Of a stretch of DNA of 64,000 bases, positions 48,216-55,004 are shown in pieces. Within the stretch, counting starts at the first letter, position 1, and the number at the start of each line of letters is the position of its first letter. The notes beneath the pieces are model-generated. The model saw nothing but the letters and a program-made list of their open reading frames with translations. It made no database searches and was not told the origin of the DNA. The position numbers were made by a program, and so were the translations under genes. The stretch comes from Candidatus Parcubacteria bacterium (GTDB lineage Bacteria; Patescibacteriota; Patescibacteriia; PEXW01). The stretch is taken from assembly GCA_003597955.1 (NCBI GenBank), contig QZJU01000021.1, positions 44,880 to 108,879 on the forward strand. The letters run 5' to 3'.

Positions 48216-48815
48216 ATGGACAACCAACCTTCTCAAGAGCAAAAACCAAAAAGTAAGTTAAAAAGATTGGGTAAAAGAGTTTTAGCCGTAATAGTTGGGC
48301 TAGTGGCTTTGTTTGTCATTCTGATAATTGTTGCAGTTGCCACAGATAACAAAAATAGTAATAGTAACAGTGCTGGTAGTGAAAATAATAACGCAAGCAG
48401 CGTGGAGATGACCTATGAGAGTAAACTTGAAAAAGCAATCACTGATGAGATTGGCGCAAAAAATAATATGGATAAACCAAAAGTCAGGAGCGTTAAGGTG
48501 ATGAATCCTAATGAAACGTTGGTTGAAATCAACGGCGACGAGAACCTGACAAGTGGGATGACTAAAAAAGGAATTGATAAGGACATCCTCAACACGTTCA
48601 AGGCTATATTCGCCACTGATACAAACCCCAATCTCCTTGCGTCTGTTGATGTTTATTTCCCGACAGTGGACAAATACGGCAATGAATCCGATAACCGTGT
48701 TATCCGTGCTCTCCTTAAACGGGAAACTGCTAACAAGATACAGTGGGATAATATCTTGTTAGAAAATATCCCAGCCGTGTTCGATGATTACGATGAGTAT
48801 GTAAAGTTTGAGTAA
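48216..48815 (+). CDS. Membrane-anchored exported protein
   Basis: Basic N-terminus, single TM, Asn/Ser linker and a VDKYGN domain. Confidence 0.75.
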   Translation: MDNQPSQEQKPKSKLKRLGKRVLAVIVGLVALFVILIIVAVATDNKNSNSNSAGSENNNASSVEMTYESKLEKAITDEIGAKNNMDKPKVRSVKVMNPNETLVEINGDENLTSGMTKKGIDKDILNTFKAIFATDTNPNLLASVDVYFPTVDKYGNESDNRVIRALLKRETANKIQWDNILLENIPAVFDDYDEYVKFE

Positions 48816-48817
48816 CC

Positions 48818-50401
48818 ATGAATGCCGTCCTATTCGCCAGAGTGTCCAGTAAAGAGCAGGAGGAGTCAGGGTACTCCCTCCCCGCTCAAGAAAAACTCCT
48901 TAAAGAATACAGCGAGAGGAAAAGTTTTAGCATTGCTAAGATATTTTCCATTTCAGAGTCAGCAACTGGCAAAAAGCAACGGGAGACATTCAACGAGATG
49001 ATTGAGTATGTGACCAAAGGCAATATCAAGCACATCATCTGCGAGAAAGCCGACAGGCTGACCCGAAACTTCAAGGATATGGTGATGATTGATGACTGGC
49101 TGGGTAAGGACGCAGAACGGCAGGTGCACCTTGTTAAAGACTCTCTCGTCTTGCACCAAAACTCCCGCTCCCAAGAAAAGCTTAACTGGGGTATCCGTGT
49201 GCTGTTCGCAAAAAATTACGTTGATAATCTGGCCGAGGAGGTCAAGAAAGGCAAGCGTGAAAAAGTAGCGCAAGGATGGTATCCGACACGGCCACCTTTA
49301 GGGTATATTTCCGTGGGTGAAAGAAGCCACAGGATTTGCGTACCTGACGAACATAAAGCCCCTCTTATCAGGAAAATGTTTGAGTGGTACGCAACAGGCA
49401 ATTACTCCCTAAAGAAGGTGGTGGAAATGATGTATGAAACGGGCTTAAGGACAATCCACAATACCAAGGTACAAAAAAGTCGGCTTCACCAGATTTTGTC
49501 TGACCCCTTTTACTGCGGAAAAATTGTCTGGAAGGGTGAAGAATATCAGGGGAAACAAGAAAAAATCGTGTCAGAGGAGTTGTTTCAGCAAGTCCAAGCA
49601 ATCCTTAAGCAAAAAACGACCCCGCACTACCGCAAACACCTCTCGCTGTTTAAGGGGTTAATCAGGTGCAGTGAATGTGGCGGGTTAATCACTTGGGAAA
49701 CGCACAAAGGGCATTGGTACGGTCACTGCAACCATTACCGTAACTGCTCCAAAAAGGAGTATGTGAGGCAAGAAAAACTTGAGGAACAACTACTCAACCA
49801 ATTTGTAGCTATAGCGCCTAAAAGCGATAGGTTGGTCAAATGGATACAGGAAGCGCTCAAGGAAAGCCACGCAGACGAGATTACGTTCAATACCCAAGCC
49901 CGTGATGAGCTTAACCGTCGCTATGAACACGCCCAGAAGCGCCTAGAAGTCCTCTACGACGACAAAATTGACGGTAAGATAACTACGGAGTTCTACGAGG
50001 CCAAGTTCAAACAGTACAGCGCAGAGCAGAAGGCTGTTTTGAAATCACTTAATGACCACGATGACGCCAAGTCCAAGTATTACGAGCTTGGTGTTAATGT
50101 GCTCGAGCTGGCTCATAGGGCAAAAGAAATCTACGAGCACCCCAAAATGCTGGTTGAGCAGAGACGGACGCTACTTAACCATATTTTTTCGAACCTGCGC
50201 TTAAATGGCGATAGATTAGAGGTTTCTTACACGCCAGTAGTTGAGGTTTTAGCGCAATTGACTCCCGCCCTCAATAAAACTTTCGAACTCCAGAAAAGTA
50301 CCGCAAACACAACACTAACCCTTCAAAGTATGAACGGTTCTAGTGTTTGGTGCCGGAGAGAGGACTTGAACCTCCAAGGGCTTGCGCCCACACGGCTCTG
50401 A
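48818..50401 (+). CDS. Large serine recombinase (integrase)
   Basis: Catalytic ARVSS, DRLTRN, PPLGY, PFYCG, Zn ribbon CSECG..CNHYRNC and coiled coil. Last codons read through the tRNA antisense. Confidence 0.95.
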   Translation: MNAVLFARVSSKEQEESGYSLPAQEKLLKEYSERKSFSIAKIFSISESATGKKQRETFNEMIEYVTKGNIKHIICEKADRLTRNFKDMVMIDDWLGKDAERQVHLVKDSLVLHQNSRSQEKLNWGIRVLFAKNYVDNLAEEVKKGKREKVAQGWYPTRPPLGYISVGERSHRICVPDEHKAPLIRKMFEWYATGNYSLKKVVEMMYETGLRTIHNTKVQKSRLHQILSDPFYCGKIVWKGEEYQGKQEKIVSEELFQQVQAILKQKTTPHYRKHLSLFKGLIRCSECGGLITWETHKGHWYGHCNHYRNCSKKEYVRQEKLEEQLLNQFVAIAPKSDRLVKWIQEALKESHADEITFNTQARDELNRRYEHAQKRLEVLYDDKIDGKITTEFYEAKFKQYSAEQKAVLKSLNDHDDAKSKYYELGVNVLELAHRAKEIYEHPKMLVEQRRTLLNHIFSNLRLNGDRLEVSYTPVVEVLAQLTPALNKTFELQKSTANTTLTLQSMNGSSVWCRREDLNLQGLAPTRL

Positions 50402-50434
50402 ACCGTGCGTGTATACCAGTTTCACCACTCCGGC
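50348..50434 (-). tRNA. tRNA-Leu(CAG)
   Basis: GCCGGAG..CTCCGGC-ACCA acceptor, CACGG-TTCAGAG-CCGTG anticodon arm, long variable arm, GGTTCAAGTCC. Confidence 0.96.
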
Positions 50435-50462
50435 AATAGACCATGCGCTCGTATTATCCCTT

Positions 50463-50486
50463 GTTTGCCAGTTCCGCCACTAGGGC
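50463..50486 (-). pseudogene. 5' fragment of a second tRNA-Leu-like gene
   Basis: GCCCTAGTGGCGGAACTGGCAAAC = acceptor 5' strand plus D-arm. Confidence 0.6.
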
Positions 50487-50581
50487 AGTATTTAAGGATT
50501 CCACCCCGCCACAGGACATACTGAAGTGCGTCGGCGGGATGTCGTCCCTAGCAGGCTTAAATTTTTATACAGCCTGGGCGC

Positions 50582-52399
50582 TTAGGGACTCCATTTCCAG
50601 AAGCGTTTGGTTTTAGTGTACCAGTTTGTAGCATCCAGAAAATAGTTGTTGGCAGTGAGCAAAGTGCCCGGAGAAGTTGAGCGCAAATTAACCGTGTTTA
50701 CAATTAAGGCTGAAGGTTGGTACAAAAATACGGCGGGCAAGTCTTTTTGAATTAGATTCTGAATTTTTTGGTTAAGCTCGGCTTTGGCTTCGGGCGTGAG
50801 ATTGGGTTTCTGGGTGTCGGTTAGCGCTTGGTCCAAGTCTTTATTGTAATAACTTGTCAGATTCAAGCCCGGATCAAAACTTTGGGTGGAATGCCAAAAA
50901 GGAAACAAGCTTAAAGTATTATCATAGCGGTCAGCATACAGCAAGGCTTCAAAATTTCGATTCTTTATCACATCTTTGGCCAAAGCCCCGGGATCGATTT
51001 TTCGGATTTCCACTTTGACGCCCAATTTTTGCCAGGCTTCGGCAACCAAGCTGGCAACATCTGTGTATTCTTTTATGTCCGGTACGGTTAAAACCAAAGA
51101 CAGTTCAGCCGTTCCCTTGGTGAAAAATTCCGCATCCTTTTTCCAGCCTGCGTCAGTTAAAAGTTTAGTCGCGGTTTCCAATTCTGTCTTCCGCCCGCTT
51201 GAAATACTTTCCCCGCCCGGCATGCCGTCTAGGACTGGACCGTTAATAAACCTTGCGTCAGGCCGGATTTTTTTAACAATCTCTTCAGTGTCGATGGCCG
51301 CGCTTAGAGCCAGGCGGATATTTTTTTCAGCCAGAAGCTTGTTTTTAAAGTTGAAAAAAATTGCAACAATTTGGGGCAAAGGTTGGTAATTTGCTTTTGC
51401 GCCCCGAAGCTTTACGGCTTTGCTAAAAAAATCATTGGCTACCAAACGCAAGCCGTCGGCCTGGCCTGAAGCGATTAGATCCAATTCGGCTTGGACGTCG
51501 GTCGCGAATCTGATTTTCAGTGTTTTTAAAAGCGCCGGCGTGGCTGCTTGGGCAAAGCGCTCCAAGGTCAAACCCCGTACATCTCCGGATTTTTCCATCT
51601 TGCGAATTTCCTTGAACATAAACGGTCCGCTACCCACAGGTTTAAGATTGAACTCCGTGGCGCTCATGGCGGCAGCTGGAATCTCCGCCCAAATATGGGC
51701 GGGCGCAATACCCAAACCTAAATTCATTATGAAATTTGCATCTGCTTTTTCTAGTTTAAAAATTATTCTTTTATCGTCCGGAATTTCAATTTTAACATCG
51801 CGGAATTTGGCATATTGCGGGCTGCCGACATTTGGATTTTGGATAGTTTCAAAAGTGAAACGAACATCTTCACTAGTAAGCGACTGGCCATCGTGCCAAC
51901 TTAGGCTTGGTTTTAACCACGCCGTAAAGGTTTTGCTGTCAGCGCTGGCCTCAATTTTTTCGGCCAAATCGTTTTCATATTTGCCCTCGGGCGTTAGGCG
52001 AACCAACCCGCTAAAAAACAGGGAAGTCAAGTTCGTGTCAACTTCGCTGCTGGCGAGAATTGGGTTAATAAACCTGGGCGCGCCCACCACCGCCACGGTG
52101 TATGTCCCGCCAACCGCGGGTTCGGGGATCCAATGGCGGTTTATGTATCGCGCCACCAAAAGCATTGCTGAAATAAAAAGCAAAAGTAAGGCCAAACGAA
52201 AAATCCAACCCTCGGTTCGGTTGAGGTATCGGAAAAGGTATGTAAATTGGGTTAGGCTGGGCCATCGGGTTTCATTGAGATTTTGCACGACCGCTTGATC
52301 CGTGGCGAGAGGCACGGCCGGACCCACTTCGGTTCGGCTGAAGAATTTTTGGAAAAGTTTTTTTAGCCCAGCGAAAAAGGAAGAAAAATTTATACGCAC
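50582..52399 (-). CDS. Peptide ABC transporter substrate-binding protein (family 5, OppA-like)
   Basis: N-terminal TM; INP, WHDG..LTSEDV.FT, PVGSGPF, WHS. Confidence 0.9.
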   Translation of the reverse strand: MRINFSSFFAGLKKLFQKFFSRTEVGPAVPLATDQAVVQNLNETRWPSLTQFTYLFRYLNRTEGWIFRLALLLLFISAMLLVARYINRHWIPEPAVGGTYTVAVVGAPRFINPILASSEVDTNLTSLFFSGLVRLTPEGKYENDLAEKIEASADSKTFTAWLKPSLSWHDGQSLTSEDVRFTFETIQNPNVGSPQYAKFRDVKIEIPDDKRIIFKLEKADANFIMNLGLGIAPAHIWAEIPAAAMSATEFNLKPVGSGPFMFKEIRKMEKSGDVRGLTLERFAQAATPALLKTLKIRFATDVQAELDLIASGQADGLRLVANDFFSKAVKLRGAKANYQPLPQIVAIFFNFKNKLLAEKNIRLALSAAIDTEEIVKKIRPDARFINGPVLDGMPGGESISSGRKTELETATKLLTDAGWKKDAEFFTKGTAELSLVLTVPDIKEYTDVASLVAEAWQKLGVKVEIRKIDPGALAKDVIKNRNFEALLYADRYDNTLSLFPFWHSTQSFDPGLNLTSYYNKDLDQALTDTQKPNLTPEAKAELNQKIQNLIQKDLPAVFLYQPSALIVNTVNLRSTSPGTLLTANNYFLDATNWYTKTKRFWKWSP

Positions 52400-52406
52400 A
52401 AATTTA

Positions 52407-52640
52407 TTAGACCGATCGAGTTTGAATGATCAAAATGGCCGCCGCCGTTCCGGCAAAAATCACACCCAGTACGATAGTGGTCATAAATAAAACTTTTTCC
52501 GCGCCGCGCTTGGTCCGGTAAACATTGCCTTCGCCACCAAAGACCGCGCCCAAACCCGCGCCTTTGGCTTGCATTAATATTGTCGCTGTCAGTAGAACCG
52601 CCGTGACAATCTCCACAATTGAAAGTATTTTTATTAACAT
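52407..52640 (-). CDS. secG: Preprotein translocase subunit SecG
   Basis: ILMQAKGAGLGAVFGG..TKRGAEKVL with two TMs. Confidence 0.93.
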   Translation of the reverse strand: MLIKILSIVEIVTAVLLTATILMQAKGAGLGAVFGGEGNVYRTKRGAEKVLFMTTIVLGVIFAGTAAAILIIQTRSV

Positions 52641-52689
52641 AATATTTTTATGAATGCGAAATTCAGACTACAATTTTCAGGGTTTTTTG

Positions 52690-52830
52690 TCAACCCCTTT
52701 TGGTTTTCTTTCTTTTGGCGTGAAGCTTGAGAATCTGAAAAACCCTTTTGCCATGCACGGCCATCCTAGGTTTTCGCTTTTTGTCACGGCGCTTAGTTTT
52801 TAATTCCAGGCGTTTGATGGTGTCAGTCAT
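52690..52830 (-). CDS. 46-aa very basic small protein (MTDTIKRLELKTKRRDKKRKPRMAVHGKRVFQILKLHAKRKKTKRG)
   Basis: Manually translated ATG..TGA. Co-directional between uvrC and secG. Confidence 0.65.
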   Translation of the reverse strand: MTDTIKRLELKTKRRDKKRKPRMAVHGKRVFQILKLHAKRKKTKRG

Positions 52831-52835
52831 AATTC

Positions 52836-52889
52836 TACGAATTACGAATAAAGTACGAATTTACGAATTAGAGATAAGGGTATACGAAT
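52836..52889. repeat. TACGAAT heptamer array
   Basis: 5 copies; shares ATAAGGG with the 35502 array. Confidence 0.82.
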
Positions 52890-52902
52890 TAGGCAGTTGG
52901 CG

Positions 52903-54762
52903 TCAGAGATTCTCCAGGAGTTTTTCGGTTAATTTCGGACCTACCGCATTTGTCAGTTCTTTTTCGGAAGCCTGGCGGATCTTTTTTACTGAACCGAAAC
53001 GACTTAATAATAATTTTTTGTGCTTTGGGCCCAGACCATGGATTTCGTCCAAAGCTGATTCAACAGCGGCCTTTTGGTGTTTGCGTCGGAAACCGGCAAT
53101 GGAAAAACGGTGGGCCTCGTCGCGGATCCTTTCAATTAAAAACAAACCATCCGAGGGATTTGGCAATTTTACCGGCGGTCTGCCAGGCAAGAAGATTTTT
53201 TCGCGATCCGCTTGTTGGGGCAGGTTTTGGTGGCCGCCTTTGGCGATGGCTACGATTGGAACAGAAAATTTATTTCCGAGTTTTTGTTTGACAATGTTAA
53301 GCTGACCCAGGCCGCCGTCAAGAATAATTAAGTCGGGTAGAGGCAAGTGGGAAGACTTGGGATTAGGAACCAAGAACTTTGAACCGCGCCCTCCTGGTTT
53401 ATTGTCTGCTGTCCCTCGTTCTTGGTTTGCGTGCGTGAAGCGTCTCGCAAGCATTTCTGCTAGCATGGCCGGGTCATTGGCGACGGTAACGGTTTTAATA
53501 TTAAACCGGCGGTAAAACTTTTTTTCTGGCCTGCCATTAACGAAAACCACCATGCTGCCGCTCGAATGCTGGCCCATGAGGTTAGCCACATCAAAAGCCT
53601 CGATTCTTTTTGGCGGGTTCGGCAGCCTTAAAGCATCGCTTAATTCCTTTAGGCCTTTCCTAAGACGCAAATCATCTTTTTCAAAACTGGCTTTTTGCTG
53701 CCGCAGGAATTCGGCCGCGTTCAAATTACTGACCGCAAGCAGTTTTTTCAGCCGGCCTCTTTGCGGAACCAAGATTTTTGCGTTTAAGATGCTTTTCAAG
53801 ACTTTGGAGACCTTCAGCATAAAAGGCAGAATGAGTTTCTTGGGTAAATCCGTGGCTTGGGCGTAAAATTGTTCGATAAAACTGATTAAAATCCCGTTGG
53901 GGTTTTCATTCTTAATATGTTGCAAAAGTACGGTTTGTTTATCCAGCAGTTTGCCGGCGCGAATGACCAAGCGATTGACCGCAGCCAAGCTGCCCGAAAC
54001 CGCATAGCCGATAATGTCCAAATTTTGTTCCTGACCTAAGATGACATTTTGTCTTTGCATCAGCCGGCTTATGGCATGCAAGCGATCGCGTAGCAAGGCG
54101 GCGCGTTCAAACTGTTTTTGCTCGCTGGCTTTGCGCATTTTTTCGGTCAGGTCTTTTTCGATTACTCGGCTGTCGCCGCTAAGGAATTTGGTTAAGCCGT
54201 TGATGATTTCGCGGTAATTTTTCTGGCTTTGCTCATCCACGCCGTGGCCCAGACAGCGGTTTAAATGAAATTCAAAACAGGGTTTTTCCGGCGGGTTGGC
54301 GCAATTTTTGTAGGGGAAGATTTTTTTCAACAACCTTAAAGTTTCGTAAACTGCTGCCGATGAAACAAAAGGGCCAAAGTATCGAGAGCCGTCTTTGGCC
54401 AGACGGCGGACCGCGCTGACTGAAGGGTAAGTCTCGGCTAGCGCAATTTTTATGTATAGGAAATTCTTATCGTCTCGCATGACAATGTTGTAGGGTGGGT
54501 GGAATTTTTTAATCAGGGTGGTTTCCAACAGCAGGGCTTCCAATTCACTGGCTGTCACAATGGTTTCGATTTTGGCGATTTTGGCAACCATGTTTTTCTT
54601 GGCCGCCGAAAGTTGGGTATTTTTATTAAAATACGAACTGACCCGCGATTTTAATTTTATGGCCTTGCCTACATACAAAATTTCCCCGGTTTGGGAAAAG
54701 AATTGATAAACCCCGGGTTTTTTAGGCAGCACGGAAATTTGGTTTTTTAGACTAGGATTCAT
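52903..54762 (-). CDS. uvrC: Excinuclease ABC subunit C
   Basis: GIY-YIG (PGVY..YVGKA), UVR, RNase H-like DGG.GQ, RDEAHRF, HhH. Confidence 0.97.
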   Translation of the reverse strand: MNPSLKNQISVLPKKPGVYQFFSQTGEILYVGKAIKLKSRVSSYFNKNTQLSAAKKNMVAKIAKIETIVTASELEALLLETTLIKKFHPPYNIVMRDDKNFLYIKIALAETYPSVSAVRRLAKDGSRYFGPFVSSAAVYETLRLLKKIFPYKNCANPPEKPCFEFHLNRCLGHGVDEQSQKNYREIINGLTKFLSGDSRVIEKDLTEKMRKASEQKQFERAALLRDRLHAISRLMQRQNVILGQEQNLDIIGYAVSGSLAAVNRLVIRAGKLLDKQTVLLQHIKNENPNGILISFIEQFYAQATDLPKKLILPFMLKVSKVLKSILNAKILVPQRGRLKKLLAVSNLNAAEFLRQQKASFEKDDLRLRKGLKELSDALRLPNPPKRIEAFDVANLMGQHSSGSMVVFVNGRPEKKFYRRFNIKTVTVANDPAMLAEMLARRFTHANQERGTADNKPGGRGSKFLVPNPKSSHLPLPDLIILDGGLGQLNIVKQKLGNKFSVPIVAIAKGGHQNLPQQADREKIFLPGRPPVKLPNPSDGLFLIERIRDEAHRFSIAGFRRKHQKAAVESALDEIHGLGPKHKKLLLSRFGSVKKIRQASEKELTNAVGPKLTEKLLENL

Positions 54763-54793
54763 GGCAGCTAAAGTATATCAAGGATGATAGAAC

Positions 54794-54807
54794 TACGAAT
54801 TACGAAT
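54794..54807. repeat. TACGAAT heptamer pair
   Basis: TACGAAT TACGAAT upstream of uvrC. Confidence 0.6.
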
Positions 54808-55004
54808 ACTGTGATTTTAGTTTTTTCAAATCACGCCCACAAACTATACGGCCAACCACACCTAAGCCCAAAACCACCCTATACCCCTTGACCCACTCTT
54901 GACACATCTGCTACACTATTTCCACTTTCTGCCGCTTTGGCAGACCCGCTTCTGGCGGGCTGGCATGAAACTCGCATTATTTTTTAATTGAAATATCGAA
55001 AAAA

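Larger units (their letters stand above)
45376..50353 (+). mobile_element. ~5 kb integrative element at the 3' end of tRNA-Leu(CAG), carrying a large serine recombinase
   Basis: Direct repeat TTGGTGC at 45376-45382 and 50347-50353. Cargo is co-oriented and visibly AT-richer. Integrase abuts the tRNA. Confidence 0.85.

Noticed and set aside
51420-52298. 292-aa plus-strand ORF
   Set aside because: Antisense shadow of the OppA-like gene; no motifs.
52748-53305. 185-aa plus-strand ORF
   Set aside because: Antisense to uvrC and the heptamer array; its repetitive peptide derives from the repeats.
54763-55004. LexA/SOS box between uvrC and uvrA
   Set aside because: No CTGT-N8-ACAG or GAAC-N4-GTTC palindrome recognised.
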